A stretch of 31,384 nucleotides of DNA from a virus (lineage: Duplodnaviria; Caudoviricetes): the IMG/VR virus record IMGVR_UViG_3300048606_000134, positions 1 through 31,384 of that record. One strand, given 5' to 3'. Shown here piece after piece: positions 17,329 through 25,990 of the stretch. The notes under the pieces were generated by a model. It saw only the letters and a program-made list of their open reading frames with translations, was not told where the DNA came from and searched no databases. The translations under genes were made by a program, and so were the position numbers. Within the stretch, counting starts at the first letter, position 1. Every line of letters starts with the position of its first letter.

Positions 17329-17408
17329 GTGTACGGCAATACACTTCCTTTCTAATAGGTTTTATTACTTTTTCAAGCTGATTTTTTCGCCCAAATCAGC
17401 TTTTTTTT
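17329..17408 (+). ncRNA. Candidate ~80-nt small RNA
   Basis: CATATTAT at 17316-17323, 5' hairpin GTGTA-CGGCAA-TACAC, anti-SD-like CTTCCTTTCT, then terminator AAGCTGATTT/AAATCAGCTT followed by a T run. Confidence 0.4.
17375..17408 (+). terminator. Intrinsic terminator, plus strand
   Basis: 10-bp stem (17375-17384 / 17393-17402) followed by a T run. Confidence 0.75.
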
Positions 17409-17454
17409 ATTTCCGCCCAATTGGTAAAATCTGGAGGCCAATTTGTCAGATAAT

Positions 17455-17559
17455 TCACTTTTTCCTCACTTGAAAAGCAGCATAAACAACAGCCAAAAAC
17501 AGAAAAAAGAAGATTCCAGCACCAACAAAAACATCATTTAAAAATTGGCAGCTTAACAT
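17455..17559 (-). CDS. 34-aa single-TM peptide coupled to the protease gene
   Basis: MLSCQFLNDVFVGAGIFFFLFLAVVYAAFQVRKK*; the ATG overlaps the protease stop; no clear SD of its own. Confidence 0.45.
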   Translation of the reverse strand: MLSCQFLNDVFVGAGIFFFLFLAVVYAAFQVRKK

Positions 17560-18491
17560 TTTTCAAAAAAGCTATTCAATTCAGGCAATCCATGCCCTTC
17601 AGTTGATGCTTTGAATCCAAGGCTGCAACATACTTGCGTTAAAAGCCCATAAATTTCTGATTCTGTCAAAGTTCTTTTGAATTTTTTTTCGCCTAATTTG
17701 ATCAATAAAGCCATCATGCCTGAAATATGCGGTGTTGCCATGCTTGTGCCTGAAAGCCGTGCATATCCGCTTTTTGGATATGTTGAAAGCACATCAACCC
17801 CTGCTGCTGTCACATCTACTTCAAGATGGTTATTAGTGAAATATGCCATTTTTTTGTTTTCATCGCATGCTGCCACCGTTATGCATTCATTATATAAAGC
17901 AGGATAGCCCCTTTCATAAGTTTCTTCATCGTTATCCCCTTCATTGCCTGAAGCAACAACAACCACAATGCCCTTGCTGCAAGCTTCAAGAATAGCCGTT
18001 TCAAGATCCTTTTCATCATAGCTACCACCTAATGACATATTAATGATCCGCACTTTTTCACCGTTTTTTCCTGTCCAATTGGTTGCATATCGGATGCCTT
18101 CAATTATGGAATAATAGCTGCCTGATCCGTGCCTGTCCAAAACTTTCAGTGCAAGGATCTTGGCTTCAGGCGCAACCCCTTTGATTCTGCCATTGGCTGC
18201 AATTGTGCCTGCAACATGCGTGCCATGTCCATTGCCATCATCAAATTTATCATGCCCCCATCCTTCAGGTGTGAAATTGCGCCCACCAATAATATTGGGC
18301 TTTAAGTCAGGATGATTTTGATCAATTCCTGTGTCACAAATAGCAACAACAATTCCGCTGCCCATTTCGCCTGTTTTCCATATTTCAGGCGCTTGGCATT
18401 GCCGCACACCGTAAGGGATTTCATGTGTTTCTGTCTGAAGTGATTCAATCTTAAAAGGGATTAATTGTATTTTATGCTTTTCTTCAATCAT
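17553..18491 (-). CDS. isp: Intracellular subtilisin-type serine protease (S8, ISP/IspA-like)
   Basis: Catalytic motifs CDTGID, HGTHVAG, GTSMATPH; oxyanion ASGNEG; N-terminal LIPF (LIPY/F motif of ISPs); no signal peptide or prodomain. Confidence 0.92.
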   Translation of the reverse strand: MIEEKHKIQLIPFKIESLQTETHEIPYGVRQCQAPEIWKTGEMGSGIVVAICDTGIDQNHPDLKPNIIGGRNFTPEGWGHDKFDDGNGHGTHVAGTIAANGRIKGVAPEAKILALKVLDRHGSGSYYSIIEGIRYATNWTGKNGEKVRIINMSLGGSYDEKDLETAILEACSKGIVVVVASGNEGDNDEETYERGYPALYNECITVAACDENKKMAYFTNNHLEVDVTAAGVDVLSTYPKSGYARLSGTSMATPHISGMMALLIKLGEKKFKRTLTESEIYGLLTQVCCSLGFKASTEGHGLPELNSFFEKC

Positions 18492-18508
18492 TTTTTTCGC
18501 TCCTTTTT

Positions 18509-19120
18509 TTAAACCGCTTTTGCTTGAAGTTCATGCCGTGCGCCCCACAAGAAATATTTCTGCGCCCAAGATCCCCAAGTTGAAAGGATTTCCACATCTT
18601 TCATTTCATTCAAATTGCTAATCCAATAATCATTGCCCATATATATGCCAGTATGCGTAATTCTTTTATCAGGTCTAGTTGAAAAGAACATTAAATCCCC
18701 AATTTGAAGCTGCTGAAAAGTGACAGGCTGCCCTGTCAAGGCTTGATCTCGGCTTACCCTTGGCAGGCTTACACCAAATTTTTGATATATGCCTTTTGCC
18801 CATGCGCTGCAATCCACATAATCAGGGAAATCATTGCCGCCAAATTTATATGCTGTCACGGATTGCAGGCTGCGTGCATAATCAACCAAATCTTTTTGCG
18901 GTTCGGATGCGGATCTGATCACAATATAATCATTTGGTTGAATTTTATTAGGATCTTCAATATGCGGATTCAAAGAAATAAGATCTTTCAGGCTCATTTT
19001 GTGCTGCTTTGCAATCTGTGAAAGTGAATCGCCTGTTTTCACATAATACTGTGCTGAAGCTGCTGTTGCTGCACCAAAAACAAATATTGCAGCCATCGCA
19101 ATTGCTGCCATCTTTTTCAC
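18509..19120 (-). CDS. Secreted LysM plus NlpC/P60 (C40) cell-wall endopeptidase
   Basis: GTG start 19120 after SD AAGGAG; signal peptide ending ASA; LysM YYVKTGDSLSQIAK..LNPHIEDPNKI; DCSAW, LPRVSRDQ, GDLMFF, HTGIY. Confidence 0.92.
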   Translation of the reverse strand: MKKMAAIAMAAIFVFGAATAASAQYYVKTGDSLSQIAKQHKMSLKDLISLNPHIEDPNKIQPNDYIVIRSASEPQKDLVDYARSLQSVTAYKFGGNDFPDYVDCSAWAKGIYQKFGVSLPRVSRDQALTGQPVTFQQLQIGDLMFFSTRPDKRITHTGIYMGNDYWISNLNEMKDVEILSTWGSWAQKYFLWGARHELQAKAV

Positions 19121-19173
19121 TGTTTGCATCTCCTTTTTATGTTTAATTTGTTACCGTTTTTTATTATCCCAAT

Positions 19174-19635
19174 TTACTTGAAAGATAATAAATTGTTTAG
19201 GGAAATCAGCAATTTGTCCAAAACATGCCGCCTGATTCTGTAAATGCTTTTGTCTTCAGAATATCCAAGGCGGATTTTCACATCATGGATGGGCAGGCAT
19301 TCAAAATATCTGTATTGGACAAAATCAAGTTCCTGCTGCTTCAATTCTCGCAAAGCCCTTTCAATGGATGTTGTGATGATTTTATATCTTTCAATTTCTT
19401 CCCTTAAATCCAAAGCCCTTTTTCCTTCTATTCTGTCAAGTGCAATATTGGCAGTTGAATCACTTACCACATAAAAAAAAGCGCCATGATTATCTGCGCC
19501 ATATTTGGTTGTTATATTTGGCAGGATATATTCAAGCTGTTCTTCACAATTGCGGATGCCTACTAAATAAGTTTTATAAAGGCGCATATGATTTTCCAAA
19601 AATCGTTCATGCTGCATCTTGGCTTCATGGTTCAT
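19174..19635 (-). CDS. ArpU/RinA-family late transcriptional regulator
   Basis: IERALRELKQQELDFVQYRYF..LGYSEDKSIYRIRR, a sigma region-4-like HTH; lies at the end of the replication module; SD GAAAGGGTG before ATG 19635. Confidence 0.8.
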   Translation of the reverse strand: MNHEAKMQHERFLENHMRLYKTYLVGIRNCEEQLEYILPNITTKYGADNHGAFFYVVSDSTANIALDRIEGKRALDLREEIERYKIITTSIERALRELKQQELDFVQYRYFECLPIHDVKIRLGYSEDKSIYRIRRHVLDKLLISLNNLLSFK

Positions 19636-19661
19636 CCTGTTCACCCTTTCTTGATATGGAA

Positions 19662-19910
19662 TCATAGATAAACACCATGCACTTGCACTGAAGCTTCAAA
19701 GCCATCATGCGTGATTCTTGGAATTACCACCATCTTTGCTTCAAGCAGGCTGAAATCTGAAAAGATCGCAAAAAATTCATATACAAAAGGCGCAACATGT
19801 GTCATTTTCGGAATCCGCACAATCATTCTGCCATGCTCTTTTTCTAATCGTTCAATCAGATCTTCAATATCAAAATCTAATTCTTCAACATCAAAGCCGT
19901 ATTTGTTCAT
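19662..19910 (-). CDS. Hypothetical protein
   Basis: SD AAGGAG before ATG 19910 (MNKYGFDVEEL). The longer start at 19976 runs into the iterons. Confidence 0.6.
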   Translation of the reverse strand: MNKYGFDVEELDFDIEDLIERLEKEHGRMIVRIPKMTHVAPFVYEFFAIFSDFSLLEAKMVVIPRITHDGFEASVQVHGVYL

Positions 19911-19932
19911 TTTGCGGATCTCCTTTTTCATT

Positions 19933-20220
19933 TTGTCCCTTTGTCCACTTAGGGACATTTTTTTCGCCTGTTTCAATTCGCCTGAAGTCAGTCAGGGCAA
20001 AGGATTGCAGAAAAAAAGGGACAAAAGGACAAATTTTTTCGTAAATTCTCTATTACATATATTTATACTTTGTTCTTTTTTGTATAAATAATAATACTTT
20101 TATTTATTTCTCTTTTATAAATATATTTTGTCCTTTTGTCCCTTTTGCCCTTTGATCCCTTGGTGTGAAAGGATTCTGCAAAGGACAAATCAAGGGACAA
20201 CCAAAGGACAAAGGACAAAA
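19933..20220. repeat. Putative replication origin: AAGG(G)ACAA iterons around an AT-rich core
   Basis: Perfect 20-bp inverted repeat (20014-20033 / 20127-20146) flanking ~93 bp of AT-rich DNA; four more direct copies at 20180-20220; immediately after the primase/helicase. Confidence 0.8.
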
Positions 20221-20223
20221 ACT

Positions 20224-22032
20224 TCATTTCATGGGTAAATAGCAGCGTATTGATTTTCCATTTTTATTTGTTTTCCGCATTTCCAATTTCAGCACTTTCA
20301 GCATAGAATCTTGAAATAATCTTTTACTGTGTTCATTTAGCCCATTTTCTTCAGCCCAAACAATATATTCTTCATATGATTCTTTGGCTCTTTTGCCTAT
20401 AAAATGGGCAGGATCAAAATCTTGTAAAAACTCGGTGCAATTATTATTCATTTCATGATACTTTTCATTAAATTCCGCAACAGCAGGTGATTCCGTGAAT
20501 CCCTGATTTTCATATAATCGCATATAAGCTTCAACAATCATTTTCATCCAATATTTCAGCGCTTCAGGTGTTGTCACTTTTTTAATAAAATTTTTATCTT
20601 TCACGGATGGCTTTGAAAAAATGGGAAGCCAATCTACCCTTCTTTTGTAGGAATCGCCCTTTTCAAAACTTTTCAAGATGTGATTGGATGTGAATATCAG
20701 GGATAAAGTCAATTCAATATCTTTGGACATCTCAAAAAGATTTCTTGAAGCGACAAAATCACATGTGCTGATATTTTTCAGCACTTTCATTTGTTCATTG
20801 TTGATGGCTTCATCCTGCACATCATCCCCAAGGTTCACAAGCTTATTTTGTAAAGTGCCAAAATATCTTTCATCAACCATCTGCTTGATGGATAAACCGC
20901 TGCAATTTTTTGTTCCAAGAATCCTGCGCATGATCAAAAGAAAAGTTCCTTTTCCATTGCCCCCACCGCCTACCATAATAAAAAACTTTGCAAGCAGCCT
21001 TTTGAATTCCTTATCAACAATCAAAGGATGCGCCATAATTTCAAGCAGGCGCATCTTGTATTCTTCTTCACCCTTTGTCAAGTGATTGATATATTCATCC
21101 ACAATTGGCACGGCTGCTGCTTCATCATCATAAGGAATATCAATTGAATATGGTGTAAATTCCTGATACTCAATAGGGATGAATCTGCCATTTCGCAAGA
21201 TTCCATTTTGCAATTTAATATCAAAAGTTTGATCCGCTTCAATTATAGGCGCACGCAATTCCATCTGATTCATTACTTCTTTCACATATCTTGTTTTCAT
21301 TGAACCTACTTCATCAAAAATCAGCCGCACAAGCCTTTCATCATCTTGAATATATTTTTCATTTTGCCTAAAATATAATTTTCCAAGATATGAAATCACT
21401 TTGTATCTTGCCATCAAATTTTCTGCCACTTCAGGTTCATTGTTTTTAAGCACTTCAATTTGGACATCCCTTGAAATCACCTGAAATTCTTCTTCAGGCA
21501 GCGCTGTTGCAAAAACATGATTATTGACAAAGCGCAAGATGCTTTGCCAATTCTCTATTTCATGGATTTTCATTCTATGAGCAAAAAGTTTATTATTTCG
21601 CCCATCGTTTTCATCCATTCCCAACAGGGATTCCAAGCGCTTTCTTGAATAAAAAATTGCAGGCAGATCTTCACGAATACCTTCATTTTCAATCAGGCGC
21701 AATTCGCCATTTTGCTTGATGGTTGTGGCTGTTGTGTTTTTGCTGTGCTTATATTCAACTTCAAATCCCAATGGGCAGATCTTTTTGCTGCCCTTGAATC
21801 CTGTTGGTTTTTTGAAATAAAAATGTGCGCCCCTTGATGTCCAAACAATTTGTGTTTTGATGTTGAAAAGGCTGATGATTTTTTCAATTTTTGCTTTCTC
21901 TAGGCTGTCTATATCAACAACAATTTCATGATCTTGTAATATCCAGCCGCATGAATCAAAGGTTTCATGGGAATCTGCTATTTCAGCATTTTTTCTTGGA
22001 TATTTTTCGGTGTCTATAAATTCTTTATACAC
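20224..22032 (-). CDS. Primase / SF3 helicase (P4 alpha / D5-like)
   Basis: VVDID and TSRGAHFYF (prim-pol-like), GRNN, Walker A GGGGNGKGT, LVNLGDD, LIFTSN; GTG start 22032 after SD GAAAGGTGG. Confidence 0.88.
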   Translation of the reverse strand: MYKEFIDTEKYPRKNAEIADSHETFDSCGWILQDHEIVVDIDSLEKAKIEKIISLFNIKTQIVWTSRGAHFYFKKPTGFKGSKKICPLGFEVEYKHSKNTTATTIKQNGELRLIENEGIREDLPAIFYSRKRLESLLGMDENDGRNNKLFAHRMKIHEIENWQSILRFVNNHVFATALPEEEFQVISRDVQIEVLKNNEPEVAENLMARYKVISYLGKLYFRQNEKYIQDDERLVRLIFDEVGSMKTRYVKEVMNQMELRAPIIEADQTFDIKLQNGILRNGRFIPIEYQEFTPYSIDIPYDDEAAAVPIVDEYINHLTKGEEEYKMRLLEIMAHPLIVDKEFKRLLAKFFIMVGGGGNGKGTFLLIMRRILGTKNCSGLSIKQMVDERYFGTLQNKLVNLGDDVQDEAINNEQMKVLKNISTCDFVASRNLFEMSKDIELTLSLIFTSNHILKSFEKGDSYKRRVDWLPIFSKPSVKDKNFIKKVTTPEALKYWMKMIVEAYMRLYENQGFTESPAVAEFNEKYHEMNNNCTEFLQDFDPAHFIGKRAKESYEEYIVWAEENGLNEHSKRLFQDSMLKVLKLEMRKTNKNGKSIRCYLPMK

Positions 22033-22036
22033 AATT

Positions 22037-23758
22037 TTAATTCCACCTTTCAAATCGTTTTATAACAATCTGATAATAGTGATTAATATCAACTATTTTT
22101 TCAAAGCGTTCAAGATCTTCACAATCCTGATTCCAAAGAAACATATTCAAAGGCGCATCCGCATATCTCACAAGCCCATCATCATGCCTTTTTTTAAATA
22201 GGCAGCAGCCTTCTTTTTTAGCCGCAAAAACCCTGTTCACTTTTGTTTCAAGTAGTTCGCCTTTTTCATTGCACGTTCCCTGATATGTATTTCCTGCCTT
22301 CAAGATATATTGATATAAATGCGGCTGATCCAAATTTTCAAGCAGCGTTTCCGCAATATCTTTTCCATGAATTAATTTATTCACTAGGGCAATATCAAGA
22401 ATCCTTGCATTATTATTTTTGAAAAGGGCTTCTTCTTCATATCTGTTTACATCACCACCCTTGCAGATCAAAAAATCATCTTTTTTTGCCACATAATTAT
22501 TCACATCTTTTTGCAGGAAAAGATCAAAATCTTTTTCTTCCAATTGAAGCAAAAAATCATCCTGCCATGTTTTATAGGCTTCAATATAGCCATCATTTTC
22601 AGGGATAAAAGCAACCCCATCTGTATTGATATTTATTATTTTGGCAAAAGGCGCAATCCGCTTGCAAAGATCAAATAGGGCAATCTGTCCATAAATACAA
22701 ACAGAATATGCTGCTTTTGGATTGTAAAGCATGGAATATTCATTGTTTAAATTCCCATAAACACTGTTCAAAATCAGCTTCAAAGCTTCAGAAAGCACAA
22801 AATCTTTGGCTTTTTTCGCTTTGATCCTGTCCATTAAAATTTTTCTATATTTCTCACTAGCTGCGCCCAAGCAATTCAGGATCAAAATAATATTTGGATA
22901 CATACTTGTAACATCCAGCAGCTTCACTTTTTCCACACGTTTCAAGCTTGTATGCGCACCGTGCAAGCCACCAAAAGCGAATTGAATATCATTGTTGAAA
23001 GCTTTGATTGTCACGCTGCCTTTTGGCTTTTTTTCCTGCGCCTGTTCCAACCAAAATTCCTTCACTTCATTTGGTACGCAATCCAAAAGCCATTCATCAA
23101 TTCTAATATTCGACCATTTGGGCAGCGGTTTTTGCATCAGCAGATTGGCTGAAATTGTGGTTGTATTCCATTTCATTGCAGCTTCTTTTCCCAACATCCC
23201 CACAAGTGATATTTTGGGCTGAAAGTAGGATTTTACCCTTTTCAGATAAATATCAATTGTTGTGTCCACATCATAAATACAATAATTCAAGCACTGATCA
23301 AATTCATTTGGCTGCAAAGGTCTATCAATTGTGAAGGGAACGCTTGATTCAAGAATCATGCGCCCCATATTTCCTTCTATTTTCTTCAGTGATGGGAATG
23401 AAACATCAATCTGTTGAAAGCAATCCAAGCTTTTGAATTTTTTGCTTTTGACAAACCGCACATCTTCACCTTCAATGATCCGATCATTCAACCATTTGAT
23501 CTGTTGCGGTGTTTTTAAATCAAGCATATATTGCATGATTTTGTCATCATAGTGATAGTTGTTATATCCAACCAATGTTTTGCCTTGAATGAAATCTGCC
23601 AATAAAACAAAATTGTTGTGAAATACTCTTTTCAGCTTTTTATTGATATCTTTGAAAACAACAAAAGCATCATGGCTGTAAACTTCAATATCATAAAAAA
23701 GCAGATCCGCATCCTGATATATTTTAATCAGCCCTTTATCAGTTGATGTTTGTACCAT
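22037..23758 (-). CDS. Family B DNA polymerase with 3'-5' exonuclease
   Basis: ExoI FYDIEV, ExoII GYNNYHYD, ExoIII YCIYDV; motif A LLDVTSMYP, motif B KLILNSVYG, motif C NINTDG. Confidence 0.9.
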   Translation of the reverse strand: MVQTSTDKGLIKIYQDADLLFYDIEVYSHDAFVVFKDINKKLKRVFHNNFVLLADFIQGKTLVGYNNYHYDDKIMQYMLDLKTPQQIKWLNDRIIEGEDVRFVKSKKFKSLDCFQQIDVSFPSLKKIEGNMGRMILESSVPFTIDRPLQPNEFDQCLNYCIYDVDTTIDIYLKRVKSYFQPKISLVGMLGKEAAMKWNTTTISANLLMQKPLPKWSNIRIDEWLLDCVPNEVKEFWLEQAQEKKPKGSVTIKAFNNDIQFAFGGLHGAHTSLKRVEKVKLLDVTSMYPNIILILNCLGAASEKYRKILMDRIKAKKAKDFVLSEALKLILNSVYGNLNNEYSMLYNPKAAYSVCIYGQIALFDLCKRIAPFAKIININTDGVAFIPENDGYIEAYKTWQDDFLLQLEEKDFDLFLQKDVNNYVAKKDDFLICKGGDVNRYEEEALFKNNNARILDIALVNKLIHGKDIAETLLENLDQPHLYQYILKAGNTYQGTCNEKGELLETKVNRVFAAKKEGCCLFKKRHDDGLVRYADAPLNMFLWNQDCEDLERFEKIVDINHYYQIVIKRFERWN

Positions 23759-24114
23759 CCTGATTTTCGTGTGATGTGAAAATACATCAATTCAAGCAGG
23801 CTTTTCAATTCTTTACTTTGAATATTGCCACCAAAATCTGTGTCAATAATCATCAAAATTTCATCTGTCGCATTCAAATAAATTGTGTCAATAGAAGGTG
23901 TTTTTATTAAAAAATATCTATAAACACCTTTTTTTTCATGTGTGGTTTCTATTTCATAACCTCGCATTCTCAATTCAGATATCCTTGAATCATATTTCAA
24001 TGAAATCTTTGAAAGTTGATGATTCGTCACACCATCTGCGCCTGCTTCTTTCAGCAGATTTATAATTCTTTCAGATTGTGATGGGATTCTTTGCCGTGCT
24101 TCAAAATAGGTCAT
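23728..24114 (-). CDS. Winged-HTH protein (HTH_39-like)
   Basis: SQSERIINLLK..GVT..SRISELRMRGYEIET..YRYFL. Confidence 0.75.
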   Translation of the reverse strand: MTYFEARQRIPSQSERIINLLKEAGADGVTNHQLSKISLKYDSRISELRMRGYEIETTHEKKGVYRYFLIKTPSIDTIYLNATDEILMIIDTDFGGNIQSKELKSLLELMYFHITRKSGWYKHQLIKG

Positions 24115-24770
24115 TTGTTCGCTGCTTTCTTTTTTGGTTTTGGGAAGGGCTTTACTTCACTATAAATCCATTTTCCCATTGCTTGCTTTACTTCAACCAT
24201 GATTTCTTTGCCAATCATATTTTCAATTTCACCAACCAACATGCCAAATTTTTCTTCAAATTTTTCATATTGTTTTTTGCGCTTTTGCGGATTAATAAAC
24301 CATTCTTTTCTTGCATCCAAATAATCAGCATATTGCATTTTGCTTTCATACAAATTGCCATCATATTCAAATTGGATGCTGATCTTTTTGCCATCATCTT
24401 CAGCATGTACACATTCAGTTGTGATGATCTGCCCAAGCATATCTTCTTCAAATTTTGTAATCATTTTTACTTCCCATAAGCTGTTGAACCTGTCATAACA
24501 ATAAACATCTTTTCTTTCACCGATATTTTGCGCCAATTCTTCAAAGGCGCAATTGAAATATTCCTTGCACCATTCATCCACTTCAGCAGCTTTTTTGGAA
24601 TCAGGCACAAATTTTTTGGATGCATCATCATACTTTTGGCGGTTGAAATTGACTTCACGAATTTCCCCTTTTGAATCATCTAAAAATGTTAAAACAGCCT
24701 TTTGATTGTTGTCTTCATATGAAACATCCACCAATTCAAGTTGTTCCAAAAGTTCTTGATTATTTGCCAT
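24111..24770 (-). CDS. Hypothetical replication-module protein (possible SSB or annealing protein)
   Basis: 219 aa, rich in acidic and aromatic residues, between DUF1351-like and HTH/PolB; ATGA coupling. Function is inferred from position only. Confidence 0.6.
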   Translation of the reverse strand: MANNQELLEQLELVDVSYEDNNQKAVLTFLDDSKGEIREVNFNRQKYDDASKKFVPDSKKAAEVDEWCKEYFNCAFEELAQNIGERKDVYCYDRFNSLWEVKMITKFEEDMLGQIITTECVHAEDDGKKISIQFEYDGNLYESKMQYADYLDARKEWFINPQKRKKQYEKFEEKFGMLVGEIENMIGKEIMVEVKQAMGKWIYSEVKPFPKPKKKAANK

Positions 24771-24772
24771 TT

Positions 24773-25540
24773 TTATTGCTCCATTTCATAGTTGATTTTA
24801 TTTTTCTGCATGAACATTTCCAAAAGCGCTGCATCTTTTTCGCCCCAAACAATATATCTATACTGTTTGATAGCTTGTACATTTTTCTGTTGCGCCTGTG
24901 AAGCTTCAATTTGCCGCCTGCGCTCATTTTCTCGCATTACTTGATCCATTGCCTGTGCTAAATCATAAGTGCCAATATAAGCGCTTACATGTGCGTTTAA
25001 ATCAGGCAGCTTTTGCAGCACTTTTATATCTCTTTCAGTTTGTTCCAAAAAATCCACCATATCTTTTTCAGCAGCTTCAATGGATGTGCTTTTGTTCAGG
25101 TGCTTTGGCTTGATGAAATCGGTGAAAGGGATTAAATCGCCCAATTTATATTGCTTGATTCTTTTATCCCATATATCCCAAATTTCAACTTCTTTTTTCA
25201 GCCGTTCTGATTCTTCAAGATCCTTCACTTGCAGCCGCACTGTTTCATCCGCTTCTTTTACAATTCCAAGGATTTCTTTCACCTGTTCTTCAAATTCCTG
25301 ATATGGTTCTAGCATCAATTTTTTGATCCTGATCCGTTCGCCATCCAATTCTTTGCACCGTTTGTTCACGGCTGCAAGAATCTTTTTACTTGTTTTCAAG
25401 GTTTCATCATTCACTTCATGCGCTTTCATAACTTCTGCCAATTGCAGCGCCATATCTTTGATTCTTTGATATTCAGGGAATATGATGCTGCCTTGCACAA
25501 TTTGGATGGATTCAAGATTCAACATTAAATCATTATTCAT
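24773..25540 (-). CDS. DUF1351-like coiled-coil protein
   Basis: SKKILAAVNK..LDGERIRIKK..EPYQEFEEQVKEI; ATG 25540 overlaps the upstream stop; SD GAAGGATGG. Confidence 0.8.
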   Translation of the reverse strand: MNNDLMLNLESIQIVQGSIIFPEYQRIKDMALQLAEVMKAHEVNDETLKTSKKILAAVNKRCKELDGERIRIKKLMLEPYQEFEEQVKEILGIVKEADETVRLQVKDLEESERLKKEVEIWDIWDKRIKQYKLGDLIPFTDFIKPKHLNKSTSIEAAEKDMVDFLEQTERDIKVLQKLPDLNAHVSAYIGTYDLAQAMDQVMRENERRRQIEASQAQQKNVQAIKQYRYIVWGEKDAALLEMFMQKNKINYEMEQ

Positions 25541-25688
25541 TTTTTGCCCATCCTTCAAAGAAATTTCCAAAGCATGTGCTGCACAATTTGACTGATTCAC
25601 CATTTAAAAATATTGGTTTGCTGCCTGCTTGCCCATCACAAAATTCACACCGATATCCAAAATCTAAATAAATTATGTTTTCACTCAT
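25533..25688 (-). CDS. 51-aa Cys4 zinc-finger-like protein
   Basis: MSEKHNYLDFGYRCEFCDGQAGSKPIFLNGESVKLCSTCFGNFFEGWAKNE*; SD AAGGAG. Confidence 0.7.
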   Translation of the reverse strand: MSENIIYLDFGYRCEFCDGQAGSKPIFLNGESVKLCSTCFGNFFEGWAKNE

Positions 25689-25827
25689 TGGCTGCGCTCC
25701 TTAATAATTTCAGCCTGCAATATCCGCAACATAGAAAAGAATAATCATCCATAAATATTTCCACAATCGCTTCACTTTCATTGCATTTTTCACATAATTC
25801 ATTTTCAAGATCATAATAATTTTTCAT
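25681..25827 (-). CDS. 48-aa Cys4 zinc-finger-like protein
   Basis: MKNYYDLENELCEKCNESEAIVEIFMDDYSFLCCGYCRLKLLRSAANE*; overlaps both neighbours. Confidence 0.65.
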   Translation of the reverse strand: MKNYYDLENELCEKCNESEAIVEIFMDDYSFLCCGYCRLKLLRSAANE

Positions 25828-25988
25828 TGTCTTTTTTCACTCTTTCTTTTAATCTTTTTTTCAGCCATTTCAATCAGCCAAAGCATATCATCCACAAATT
25901 GCGGATTTTTACGGTTTTGCCTATATGCTTTGAAAGTCAAATATTTTATTTTACACTTAATAAATTCCAAGCGTTCCGCATCTGTCAT
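25824..25988 (-). CDS. 54-aa hypothetical protein
   Basis: MTDAERLEFIKCKIKYLTFKAYRQNRKNPQFVDDMLWLIEMAEKKIKRKSEKRQ*; ATGA overlap with the next gene. Confidence 0.65.
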   Translation of the reverse strand: MTDAERLEFIKCKIKYLTFKAYRQNRKNPQFVDDMLWLIEMAEKKIKRKSEKRQ

Positions 25989-25990
25989 TT

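Noticed and set aside
19160-19200. GGGATAATA as a SigF/SigB -10 for the LysM-NlpC/P60 gene
   Set aside because: No convincing -35 at the right spacing.
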